64,000 nt of DNA from Paracoccaceae bacterium (GCA_965229695.1 OZ245921.1:274772-338771); one strand, 5' to 3'; positions 10,850 through 21,223 are shown, numbered from the stretch's first letter. Numbers and translations are program-made. Notes: generated by a model from the letters alone, not told the origin.

Positions 10850-12029
10850 CGTCATCGTCCTGGGTCTGTCTCCCACAGGGCTCTATGCGGTGCGAGAGGC
10901 CGCGCGGGGGGGCTATTCGGTTCTGGGGGTGGGCGCGCCCGGCGCGCCTGGGCTGTGGTCCCGGTTCCTGGCTGGCCGCGTTGCGGCGGATACCGCCGAA
11001 GCCCGCGTGGCGGCCATCCTGGACCATGTGGGGGCTAGCCCCGCCCAGAAACCCGTGCTGATCGTCACCTCGGATCAGGATCTCGAAGCCGTTCTCGCGC
11101 GGGCGGAGGAGCTTTCGAAGCACGTGCATATTCAAGGCGCTTACACGGACGGCCTGACGGCCCAAATCATGGATAAGGACAAGTTCTACAGCCTTTGCGA
11201 GACGCATGGCGTGGCCTACCCGACGCTCTGGTCGGCCACTGTAGCAGAGGCGCACAAGCACCGGGACCATATCTCTTACCCGGCAATGATCAAACCGGCC
11301 CGGATCCAAGATGTAAAGCACCTGATGGCGGGCCAGAAAGGTTGGATCGTCAAAAGCCAGGCGGAATTCGACGCTGTTCTGCCCCGTATTCCCGCAGAGG
11401 CCGGGACACTTTTGATGCAGGAAATAGTGCCAGGACCAGAAAGCAATATCACCCTTTGGTGCGGCTATTTTGACGCCAATGGCGAGGTGCGCCAGCGCTT
11501 CACCGCTCGCAAACTGCGCCAGTATCCCGCCGGGTTCGGTTCGGCCTCGCTGGTGCAGAGCGAGACCTGCCCTGAAACCGCCGAGACCGCCGAAAGGCTC
11601 CTTTCGGCGCTCGGCTACAGGGGTATCGCCGCCGCCGAGTTCAAACGTCATCCCGAAACTGGCGAGTTGAAGATCATAGAAGTGAACCCACGTCCGTCCC
11701 TATGGTTTTCGGTGGCGACCAAAGCGGGTGTACCGCTGATTGAAACCGCCATGGCCGAAGCGCAGAAGAGGCCGCTGCCGCCGGCCGCCACGCAAATGGA
11801 CGGTGTGTTGTGGCGGTATACCACAAAGGATCTTGCCTCACGTCTGTTCTATACTTGGAACCGGGACTTCGTGCTGCCCGCTCCAGACCTGTCGCGTAAG
11901 ACGCCGGTCGCGGCACGCGCTGATGTCACCGGCGCCTGGGACGATCCCGCCCCCGCATTGGGCGAACTGGTCAGCTTTGCAGGCAAGCTGTTCAAACGCT
12001 TCGGCGCCAAGCTTAGGGTCCGCTCATGA
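10833..12029 (+). CDS. ATP-grasp carboxylate-amine ligase-like protein
   Basis: 398 aa. ATP-grasp blocks YPAMIKPA, LLMQEIVPG and AAAEFKRHPETGELKIIEVNPRP. Overlaps the upstream glycosyltransferase by 17 nt. Confidence 0.75.
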   Translation: MSKPVDVIVLGLSPTGLYAVREAARGGYSVLGVGAPGAPGLWSRFLAGRVAADTAEARVAAILDHVGASPAQKPVLIVTSDQDLEAVLARAEELSKHVHIQGAYTDGLTAQIMDKDKFYSLCETHGVAYPTLWSATVAEAHKHRDHISYPAMIKPARIQDVKHLMAGQKGWIVKSQAEFDAVLPRIPAEAGTLLMQEIVPGPESNITLWCGYFDANGEVRQRFTARKLRQYPAGFGSASLVQSETCPETAETAERLLSALGYRGIAAAEFKRHPETGELKIIEVNPRPSLWFSVATKAGVPLIETAMAEAQKRPLPPAATQMDGVLWRYTTKDLASRLFYTWNRDFVLPAPDLSRKTPVAARADVTGAWDDPAPALGELVSFAGKLFKRFGAKLRVRS

Positions 12030-12994
12030 CCGGGTCATTCGTCATTTCTTTAGATTTCGAACTGATGTGGGGCGTGCGCGATCACCGCTCCGTGCGCGAC
12101 TATGGCGACGCGGTACTGGGAGGGCGGCACGCGATCCCGCTGATACTCGACCGGTTTGAAGCAGCAGAGATCCGGGCGACCTGGGCCACCGTCGGCCTCC
12201 TATTCGCGAAGAGCCGGACAGAGATGCTGGATTTTGCGCCGCATCTACGGCCCGCCTATCACAACCCCGCCCTGTCGCCTTACTCAGATATCGAGAACAA
12301 GCTGATCGGCGAGAACGAGGCGGAAGATCCGCTTCATTTCGGTGCGTCTCTGATCGACCGAATCGCACAGGTGCCCGGGCAAGAAATAGCAACGCACACC
12401 TACAGCCACTACTACTGCTTGGAACTCGGAGCAACACCGGCAGCCTTCGCCGCTGACATGGCGTCCGCCATAGCTATTGCGCAGCACACAGGGTATGGGT
12501 TGCACAGCATCGTCTTTCCGCGCAATCAAAGTGGCAAACAATTCATAGACCAAAGCCGCGAGGCTGGCGTGCCCGTCTATCGTGGCGAAGCCACGGGCTG
12601 GCTTTACCGCCCTCGCGCGGGTGCGGGCACTACAAATCTGTTTCGCTTGGCGCGTTTTTTGGATGGAGCCCTCCCGATCGGTCCGCGCCAGATCGTGCAG
12701 CCCGCCCGACACAGCGGCAGCCATAACGTGCCCGCGTCGCGTTTTCTTCGGCCCTGGACGAATCACCTCGCCCCGTACCATGCACTTCACATCCACCGGA
12801 TCAAAACCGAGATGCGCACCGCTGCCCGAAAGGGCGGCTGCTATCACCTGTGGTGGCATCCACACAATTTTGGGCGTAACATTGGACGCAACATCGCCCA
12901 GCTCGACGAGGTGATCAACTGCTTCAAACACTGTCGCGACGAGCTTGGAATGGTCAGCCGCACCATGCACGACATCGCCACGCAGCCCATCTAA
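12026..12994 (+). CDS. Polysaccharide deacetylase-family protein
   Basis: 322 aa. FVISLDFELMWGVRDH N-terminus and ATHTYSHYY metal-site-like block. ATGA overlap with the ATP-grasp gene. Confidence 0.7.
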   Translation: MTGSFVISLDFELMWGVRDHRSVRDYGDAVLGGRHAIPLILDRFEAAEIRATWATVGLLFAKSRTEMLDFAPHLRPAYHNPALSPYSDIENKLIGENEAEDPLHFGASLIDRIAQVPGQEIATHTYSHYYCLELGATPAAFAADMASAIAIAQHTGYGLHSIVFPRNQSGKQFIDQSREAGVPVYRGEATGWLYRPRAGAGTTNLFRLARFLDGALPIGPRQIVQPARHSGSHNVPASRFLRPWTNHLAPYHALHIHRIKTEMRTAARKGGCYHLWWHPHNFGRNIGRNIAQLDEVINCFKHCRDELGMVSRTMHDIATQPI

Positions 12995-13009
12995 CCCAGT
13001 TTCCGCCCC

Positions 13010-14044
13010 ATGTTTGTCTATCTCGGCATATTTTCTACATTAGCTGTTTCTTCGATCGGCAACTACCGATCCCGACACGCACTGTTTTTTGTTTTTTCGG
13101 GCCTTTTTTTGGTTTGGTTTATGGGGTTCCGCCACGAAACAGGCTGCGATTACTTAGGATATTATCACCGCTGGGTACATTTCTTTCCGCCCACCAGCTT
13201 GGCCCAATTATTCCAAGGTGAGGAGGCAGGTTTTGCATTTCTCATGGGGTCCATAAAGGCGTCCGGCTTAGATTACACGTGGCTTAACGTTGCTGTGTCG
13301 GTCATTTTGGTTTGTTGCTATATTCGCTTTGCAAGTGCTCACCGCTTCGCTCCCCTTATCCTCACCTTACTTTTTCCGATAATCATCATTCAACTTGGTA
13401 TGTCGGGGATCCGACAAGCTTTGGCTGGTGGGTTTTTGATGCTCGCCTTTAATGCATTTGCCAAAAGACAGAAACTATGGACAGCAATCTGGATTTTGAT
13501 TGGCATGCAGTTTCATGCGAGTGTGATTATGTTTCTACCAATGGCGTTAATTGCAGGTCGAGAGGTAAATTCGATCCGCCTGGTAGCGGCTCTGGTCGTT
13601 TTGGGACCGGTTGCGGCAATGCTTCTGGCAGATCGTTTTGACACCTATGAAAGTCGTTACATTGAAGGAAACGTAACGTCCGGCGGAGCAATAATAAGAT
13701 ATGCGCTGATTTTTCTTCCCGTTCCACTCTTTCTGCACTATCGTCGCAGGCTACGAAGGATTTTTCCCGAAGTTTATCCGTTGCTTAAATTTGGTGTGCT
13801 GCTGATAGTATCTCTGGCGCCACTTGTCGTTTTGTCTTCGATCGCTCTGCATCGGCTTAATTACTATGTAATGCCTTTATCTATACTGTTGTGCGTCTAT
13901 GTGGGCGCGATAATTTCCCGCAAACCCTCACAAGGTCACTTGCTGGCGGTTTTGGCCTATGGCAGCTACTCATTGTTTTGGTTTATGTCGTCGCGACACG
14001 CTCAAGGCTGTTATGTGCCATACGAGAATACTTGGTTCCTTTAG
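13010..14044 (+). CDS. EpsG-family / Wzy-like polysaccharide polymerase
   Basis: 344-aa polytopic membrane protein. EpsG-like GCDYLGYYHRW block near the N-terminus. Markedly AT-rich relative to its flanks. Confidence 0.7.
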   Translation: MFVYLGIFSTLAVSSIGNYRSRHALFFVFSGLFLVWFMGFRHETGCDYLGYYHRWVHFFPPTSLAQLFQGEEAGFAFLMGSIKASGLDYTWLNVAVSVILVCCYIRFASAHRFAPLILTLLFPIIIIQLGMSGIRQALAGGFLMLAFNAFAKRQKLWTAIWILIGMQFHASVIMFLPMALIAGREVNSIRLVAALVVLGPVAAMLLADRFDTYESRYIEGNVTSGGAIIRYALIFLPVPLFLHYRRRLRRIFPEVYPLLKFGVLLIVSLAPLVVLSSIALHRLNYYVMPLSILLCVYVGAIISRKPSQGHLLAVLAYGSYSLFWFMSSRHAQGCYVPYENTWFL

Positions 14045-14063
14045 GCCGGGCCTTTTAGAAGGC

Positions 14064-15160
14064 TCAACCAAGCTTCGCCCCCCAGAATGACGTGTGAGCG
14101 GCTGCGAAGTAGCCGTCGGCGACCCGGAAACACCCCTGCAGCTCGACGGTATCGCCCGCTGTCAGCGGCACCATAGTCTGCAGCCAGAGGGCTGTCGCCT
14201 CGGAGACATGCGCGCCGCTGATCTCGCCCCGCGAGCCACGGATCTCGGTCGCGCCGTTCAGGACGAGCCGCCCGCGCATTCGCGCCGAGGTGCTGGAATT
14301 GACCTTGTAGAGCAGCGTTGCGCCGAAGAGATAGGTGCCGTCCACCGGCGCTGTGAACAGGTTGGTCCCCGCATCAAATACGCCTTGGTCATATCAAATA
14401 CGCCTTGGTCATAGTAGTCTGTGTTGTTCAGACCGATTTTCGTCCAAGTTCCGACGCCAACGTAATTGTCGTAGTTCGTGTACGCCTTGAAGCGAGGCAG
14501 CTGCGGCTGGTCGACGATGCCGGTGGCGTTGTCGACGCTGAGCCCATCTAAGAAGGTGCTGCCGTCGGCCGAAACCGCCAGGCGAAATCGATCAGAACCG
14601 AAGAGCCCGACCAACGCCTTGGTCACGAAGCCGGTCTGCAACGTCAGCCCGAGATCGTCGCCCGCCGCCTCTTTGTTCATCGTGTAGAACAGAACGCCCG
14701 TGCCGCCCTCGGCGACGCTTTTCGCGGTCCAGAGCGCGGCATTGAGCTTGGCCGAGAACGGGTTCGACGCATCCGCCTTCGTCCCCAGCCCAAGCAGCGC
14801 CATGTTTTGTAGCGCCGCCGGAGTTGTCCCGACCCAACCGGACCCGTCGTAGACCAGCAGCAGTCCCTCGTCTTCAACCCACGCCCGCCAGCCGGTCTGC
14901 GGCGGCAGGCGCAACCACGCCCCGTCCGTCCAGAGCGCAACGTTCAGTTCCCAGCCCGCCCAGTCGCCTGTCGCGCCCGAGCCGACGATATAACGGTCGC
15001 CGTCGGCGGGACTGCCAGGCGGCGCTGTCAGGTTCCGGTCGAGTACGGAGAGCTGCACGAGTCGGTCGAGGACCCGCAGCGCCTCGTTGTGGGTGACATG
15101 CTTCTGCGCCTGTGCCGCCAGGATGTAGGGCAGCAGGAGATGGGTCGTGGCGGCGGACAT
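14064..15160 (-). pseudogene. DUF2793 tail-fibre-like protein with C1q/TNF-like C-terminus, frameshifted by a 20-bp tandem duplication
   Basis: N-terminus LPYILAAQAQKHVTHNEALRVLDRLVQ...GDWAGW matches DUF2793. The 300-aa and 93-aa ORFs join in frame if one 20-bp copy is removed, giving a 358-aa product. Confidence 0.8.
14373..14413. repeat. Perfect tandem duplication, period 20 bp (ATCAAATACGCCTTGGTCAT x2, plus 1 nt)
   Basis: Read directly: 14373-14392 is identical to 14393-14412, and base 14413 continues the repeat. Confidence 0.95.
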
Positions 15161-15170
15161 GGGATGGCCT

Positions 15171-18100
15171 TCAGAATGTGAGCGTGACGGTCTTGGGCGC
15201 GCCCCGCCCCACGAGGGCGGAGAGCTGGAAGATGCAGATGTCGAGCGTGTCGCCGGGGGTGAAAGGCGCGCCCCAGTCAGCGGTCTGCTGGGCGGCGGTG
15301 TAGACGGCGCTGGTGGTGGCGGTGCTCAGCAGCCGCTTTACCGTTGCACCGTCGAGGATCTCGACCTCGTACGCTTCCAGTTCCTCGGCCAGCGGCACGT
15401 CAAGCCCGCCCCGGCTGTCGGCAGACAGCGCGCGGGACCGGCGCGTCCAGCGGATGGTCAGATCGCCAGGCCCGCGCGGTGTGCGCCATGGTTGCTCGAT
15501 ATGCGCGACCGAGAACGGGCGCAGCCCGACGCCCTCAGGCGTGACTGCCTGCGCGACATAGATCTCGTCGCTGGCCGGCCGGCTCACGGGGCCGATGCAC
15601 CAGTTCCACGGGATGCCGAGATCGGCCTCGGCGATGGGCAGCGAGGCGAGACTGTCGTCGAGCACGACGACCCTAGCACCCGCGGGCGCCGGATCGCCCA
15701 TAGCACCTTCCTTGCCGCGCTGGCCACGGAGGAGCCGGGTCAGGCGATACCGGCCCGGTGCGATGAGTTCGGCCGCGCCAGCCTGCACGATCTCCCAAGA
15801 ACCAGGCGCGCTTTCGATGGCAAGCGCATTGGCACCGCCAAACAAGGCCAGATCGGTGACACTTTCCATGGTGCCTGTGAACACTTCGATGTCGAAGACA
15901 TTCCCAAGATCGAACCGAGATGTTGGGCCTGCATGGAGATCTGAAAGCAGCGTACTGATCGATTCAGCTGCCCCGACGCTTGAAAAGAGATCAAAGCCAT
16001 CACTAGAGGGGCTGCGAAACACCGCAATCTCGCCGGGCCATGGCACGGCGTGGGCCGCTAAAAACGGCCGAAGCGCGGGCACGTCCTCACTGAGTTGCGG
16101 CAGATCCAGAAAGACTACCTCCGGTGCTCCGACGCTCACCGCCTGGGTGACGGAGGCGGACCACTCCGCTGGTAAGGTCTCATCCAACCCATCGAGATCT
16201 TGCCGAGTGCCTTCCACTCCACGCGCCAGAGCATCCGCAATTGCCGTCACCCGAAACCCGAGCTGACGCCCATCGTGGTCCAGCGCGACCACGTCTGCGG
16301 GATCCAGGGCCAGTCGCGACGGTGGCAGTTGAAACCGCGCGGTCTCGCGCCCCGTCCAGGACCCCCGCAAGGCGCGTTCGCAGCGGTATTCGGCTTGTTG
16401 AGGAGGCACGGCAATCGGGAAACTCGCAGAGGAAAGCCGCGTGCTGTCGACGGTGATCCGGCGCGCTTCCACCTGCACGGCGTCGTAGTCGCCATCGGCG
16501 CGCGTGACCTGCCATTTCAAGGCCCGCGGCAGTTCGGTTTCTTGCGCGCGGGTGAGCTCCACCAAGTCGCCCTGGCGCGGAGCGACAAGATCGTCATGTG
16601 TCAGGGCGGCAATGGGCGCGCGATCTCGCATGACAAAGCGGATCAGACCTTCGGTCTCCACCGCGTCAAAGCGGAAATGCCGCGCCAAGGTGGCAATCGA
16701 GGCACGCGGGGATTCCAGCGCCGTGATGACATAGCCCTCCACCGATCCCACAAGGCCGGACGCGTCCACACGGCTGGCAGGAAGACCCGCACGCAGACAA
16801 AACTCGGTGACCAAAGCTGCAAGCGAACCCGCACCAAGCCGACCAGTGAGCCAATGTCCTCGCGCCCAGTTCGGGCCATCGGTCCAGACATCACTGAGTT
16901 CCGGAAAATGCGGATAGGGCCGCGCGTCCCAGGTCCAGGCCGCGAAATTGGGCAGGTCGATCATCGGCCCACCATAGGATGCGGAGACGGGGTTGTTGGC
17001 GGTCTCGCCCCAGAAGGTCAGCGTCGCTTCAAGATAGGCCCGCTGGATGGCAGCGTCCCGCCAGCCGCGTGAGAAATACGGGACAGCGCTTTCCGAAGAC
17101 TTCGGATCAAAGAAGACGTTGGGCTGGTTGGTACCCCGTTCGATCGCCGGGCAGCCATATTCCGTGAAAACGATAGGCTTGGAGTGCGGCTGCCACGCCT
17201 TTGCGGTGGCGCTTTCTTGCCCGGCAAGACGGTCGAAATGCAGGTTGGACCACCAGTTCGCCAGATCCTTGTAGCGATAGACCCAGGGCTTGCCCAAGCC
17301 ATCCTCGATGGGCGTGCGCGCCTGATTGGCGCGATCCTCGACCGAGGCGTGGAACCAATCAAAGCCTTCACCACCCGCGATATTGGCCTGCAAATAGGAA
17401 TGGTCGTAGATCGAATCCCGTCCGTTCAGGACATCGAGGTGATTGCCACCGTCCCGCCAGTCCGAGAGCGGCATGTAATTGTCGATGCCGATGAAATCGA
17501 TCTCCGGGTCCGCCCACAGAGGATCGAGGTGATAGTAGACGGCCGTCACAGGTTCGCCGGACTGCAGCGGCAGAACCGGCGCGCTGTAAAACACCTGCTT
17601 TTCGTAGGAGCCGGAATCATAGGGTTCTTCGAGCTGCAGGACGATGCGCAGCCCGACAACATCGGAATCGTCTCGCACATAGCAGAGGCTTCGGGGATAA
17701 TCCGCCGGCGCGGAGGCCGTTTCATTGCGGGTCGCCAGAACGCTGGGAAAGGCTTTTGTGGCCAGACCGTCGGGCGTGATATTGTCGATGGCCGCCTGGG
17801 TCAGCTTGTAGAAATAGATGATGTCGTTGCAGGTGGCGTAGCTGCTGCCCTGCTGGATGGTCATGACGTCCCCGTAGGTGAGTTCCGTGCCCAAAGGCAC
17901 GTCGCCAATCCACAGATCCATGATCGCATAGTATGTCGCGCGAGAATCCCGGCCCACCTGCGTGATGCTGCTGCCCAGAGAGACATCGGTCAGATCAATC
18001 TCTCGGGTCGAATAGACATGCAGCCGCCAGCCCGTGAAATCCGGCACCAGGCGCGCGGCGAAGATGTTGGTCACCCCGGCCTGGATCGGTTGGCTCAGCC

Positions 18101-19725
18101 TGATGCCCGCGAAACTCGCGTCCCCCGGCCCACCAGCTTCGAGAACATGATGGCCAAAATACTCCGACCAATCGGCAGCGTAGCTGATCTGGGCGGAGGG
18201 CCCGAGGATGCCGCGTGCATCGCTGGCGAGCGTTCGAAATGCACTGACGGCCGGGAACCCATCGGTCTCGTCCCGGATTGTGGCGAGGCCCCGCAGTTCG
18301 GTCCCAATGAGAAAGCTGTCCACACCGCCTGAGGCAGCGCAAAGGTGGGCATAATGCAGGATCATCCGGCGCAGCCCCCAATCGTCGGGTGTGCCGGTCC
18401 CGGACACGGTCTCGCCCGAAATGGAAAAATCACCCGTTGAAGCCGCACCAAAGACGGCAGCCACTTGGGCCGTTGCCGCCACGGTCTGATCCGCGCTGTC
18501 CGCAAAACCTGCTCCGGGGGCACAGGTGATGCGGCCGCGCCAGGGGAACACGGGCTGCCCGAGGCTGGCCCCGCTATCGGAATAGGGATCAGGCAGCGTG
18601 TTGCCAGGCGGAACGTCCGTGAGAATGAAAGGATAGAAGGTGGCACGCCGGCCCCGCGCCTTGATGTCGCGGATGGCTTCAATGACGGAGAAATCAGCCG
18701 GCGTGCCGCCATAGACAGGCCGGCCCTGCGGGCCCTGGCTCACCTCTGCTGCACCACCGCGATCAATGCGGTTGACGCGCCAGGACAGCGGCGTGGTGGA
18801 TTTGTCGCCCACCTCGACGCAGGGACGGATATCACAGGCTCCGACGCGCAGGTCATCGCCAAACCAGGAGGCGACGAGGCTCACGCTTTCGAGGTTTGGT
18901 AGGGCCGCCTGCAACTGATCCAAGGCCACCGTGAGATCGGTGGCATCGGAGCGCGCATGCACGTTTTCGGAAACCGTGGTGCCGGACCCACCCTTGCGCA
19001 CGGGCGTGGTCGCGTAGACAAACTCACCGGTCGACGGGATCAGGGTCACCGCCTTGATCCGCGTCTCGGCGCTGTCCTCATTGCCAAGCGGCCGGAAGAC
19101 CTCAAAGGACAGTTGCGACAGTCGATTGCCGAAGTTCGCAAGCGGCAACTCCTCAAACACCACATAGGCCGTGCCGCGATAGGCCGGCGTCTCCGCGGCC
19201 CCCCCTCTTGGCCGTTATCAGCGGATCGGGCTGCTGGATTTCGTCGCCTGGATACCAACGCCAGGTGACGCCGGAGGTGTCGAGCAGCTTCCCGTCGGCC
19301 CACACACGTCCGATGCCTGGTATGGGTCCCTCAAGGAGCGTCACGGCGAGCGAGGCGCAGTAGAAATACTCGGTGGTCTTGACCTTCTTGCCGCCCCCGC
19401 CGCCTTTGCCGCCGCCCCCTTGTGTCTTGGTCTTCTTCCGCTCACGGAAATCCGTGGCCCAGATGATGTTGCCGCCGATGCGCATGCGGCCGTAGAGGCG
19501 CGGGATGACGGCGCCTTCCGTTGACGACGTGATGCGCAGGTTTTCCAGCCGCGCGCCTTCGATCTTCTGCGCAGGCGTCATGGAGGACACAATCCAACTG
19601 TCCACAACCGTGCCGATGGTGGAGCCCACAAACCCGCCAATGGCTGCTGCACTCACCCCGAGGATCGATCCCCCGATGCTGCCACCGATGGTGGTGCCCA
19701 CCGCTCCCAGCACAAGCGTAGCCAT
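15171..19725 (-). pseudogene. RcGTA g15-type host-specificity / distal tail protein, frameshifted at a C7 tract
   Basis: 190-aa ORF (MATLVLGAVGTTIGGS..., GGGGKGGGGGKK) plus 1330-aa ORF (VVFEELPLANFGNRLSQLSFEVFRP...) in different frames. Deleting one C of 19199-19205 gives one 1517-aa ORF. Confidence 0.85.
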
Positions 19726-19791
19726 GGATCAGTTCTCTGCCGGGTAGAAGAACGCAAAAGCGATGCGCCGGTGCCAGGCACTTGAGAGCGG

Positions 19792-20202
19792 TTATTCGAT
19801 CACACCGAGCCACTCATAGACATGGATGAAGGATGTCTCGGTGGTCAGAATGCCGACATGTTTGGCAATGGCGCGGGCCTGCATGCGAAAGAGAAGCAGT
19901 GCACCGGGCTTTGGATGAGACGGATCCACTTCGATCATCTGCTGCCGCGCGGCCTCTGCAAGGATCTCGCGTGGGCCGCGCTCCCCCCAATCCCGCGTAT
20001 AAGGCGGAACGACAAAGGTCTCGGGGCCAACGATCTCGCGCCAGAGCCCCCTTGCAAGCCCAAGGCAATCGCAGCCCACGCCCTTGACGCTGGCCTGGTC
20101 ATGATAGGGCGTGCCCAGCCAGGATCGGGCGAGTGAGACTACGCGCTGGCTGTCCGCGATGCCCTGCTGCCCGTCGTTTCCGTTGGAAATGACTTTGGTC
20201 AC
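19792..20202 (-). CDS. RcGTA g14-type NlpC/P60 cell-wall peptidase
   Basis: 136 aa. WLGTPYHDQASVKGVGCDCLGLARG catalytic-Cys block and HVGIL His block. GTGA overlap with g13. Confidence 0.85.
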   Translation of the reverse strand: MTKVISNGNDGQQGIADSQRVVSLARSWLGTPYHDQASVKGVGCDCLGLARGLWREIVGPETFVVPPYTRDWGERGPREILAEAARQQMIEVDPSHPKPGALLLFRMQARAIAKHVGILTTETSFIHVYEWLGVIE

Positions 20203-21050
20203 AAGACATCTCCGACATGGCCGCCATCGCGCGTCGCATTGCGCACCACGGCGTCCTGGCCCGGGATGTGCGGAAAGCCACGGTAGTTCAGCGTGTTGGC
20301 AAACTTCGCCCCACAGGTCTCCAACCGCTTGTCGCAGCCCGCTCGAATGGTGAAGCTGGTGGCCTCCGCGATGGGCCGCACCGGAGCTTCATGTAGGGCG
20401 ATCAGCGCATCACTGCCGGACAGCGTATGAGAGGCCACCTCCATGACCCGCCCATAACTCTCGCCGCTGGTCCATTCCAGCGTGCCGAAGTCGAACCAGC
20501 CGGCCGCAAACCCACTCAGCCCCGAGGCGAGAAAGGACCGATCCCTGAGAACAGTCTGAACACTGCCCGTGCCGCGAAAGGCCGGATTGTCCAGCTCGAC
20601 GCCGCAGCGCGCATCCCCCACGGCAGCGTCACAGGTAGACTGAAACGTCCGCCCGACCGTCTGGCCCAGCACATGGGCGAGAGACCGCACTTCGGCTACG
20701 AAGGACAGACGACCCCGACGGATTTGCCCAATCGCACCCCGTCGGAGCAGAACGCGCTGGCTAGGATCGGCCCAGTTGGCCCGCCAGACCTCGACCGCTG
20801 CATTGTCCCGGGCCCCGTCCAGAATATCCGTCTCGGTGATCTGGTCCGAGGACAGCACGCCTTCGGCATCCTGCGCATCAACGGACAGATCGGTGCCGGA
20901 TCGGATCTCGGATGCCGTCAAACCGCTGTCTGGCTCGTAGTCCTGGCCGTCAAAACTGAGCGGCCTTTCGTGGTCGGTGAAGCCAAAACGCACAACCACG
21001 CCGCCCTTGGGTGTCTCTCTTCGTGTTGACAGGGGCTGAACCCAAATCAA
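20199..21050 (-). CDS. RcGTA g13-type protein (DUF2163 / phage BR0599 family), N-terminus short or degenerate
   Basis: 283 aa. GFTDHERPLSFDGQDYEP and the C-terminal CDKRLETCGAKFANTLNYRGFPHIPG block are typical of g13. TTG start only, with an in-frame stop 18 nt upstream. Confidence 0.8.
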   Translation of the reverse strand: MIWVQPLSTRRETPKGGVVVRFGFTDHERPLSFDGQDYEPDSGLTASEIRSGTDLSVDAQDAEGVLSSDQITETDILDGARDNAAVEVWRANWADPSQRVLLRRGAIGQIRRGRLSFVAEVRSLAHVLGQTVGRTFQSTCDAAVGDARCGVELDNPAFRGTGSVQTVLRDRSFLASGLSGFAAGWFDFGTLEWTSGESYGRVMEVASHTLSGSDALIALHEAPVRPIAEATSFTIRAGCDKRLETCGAKFANTLNYRGFPHIPGQDAVVRNATRDGGHVGDVL

Positions 21051-21223
21051 CTGCGGCGCAACCCATCCTCAACAACAACTTGAAAAGGCGTTCCTTTTTT
21101 AACTCGTCCCGGTCTGTGTGAAGGGCGGGTGGAAAGAGACGCGGGGCGTTCAGAGACTGATTTAGGCCGAAACCCCAGTCTCCGAAAGTCGAGCAACCCT
21201 GTTAAACCCCTTTGAACCAGAAA

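Noticed and set aside
13081-13130. Runs of T6, T6 and T7 near the 5' end of the EpsG-like gene, considered as phase-variation tracts
   Set aside because: They encode a Phe/Leu-rich TM helix (LFFVFSGLFLVWFMG). The tracts are short and interrupted, and there is no evidence of slippage.
19380-19440. GC-rich reiterated GGC/GCC stretch (encodes GGGGKGGGGGKK)
   Set aside because: This is an in-frame low-complexity linker typical of g15 N-termini. It is not a CRISPR-like array or a tandem-repeat locus.
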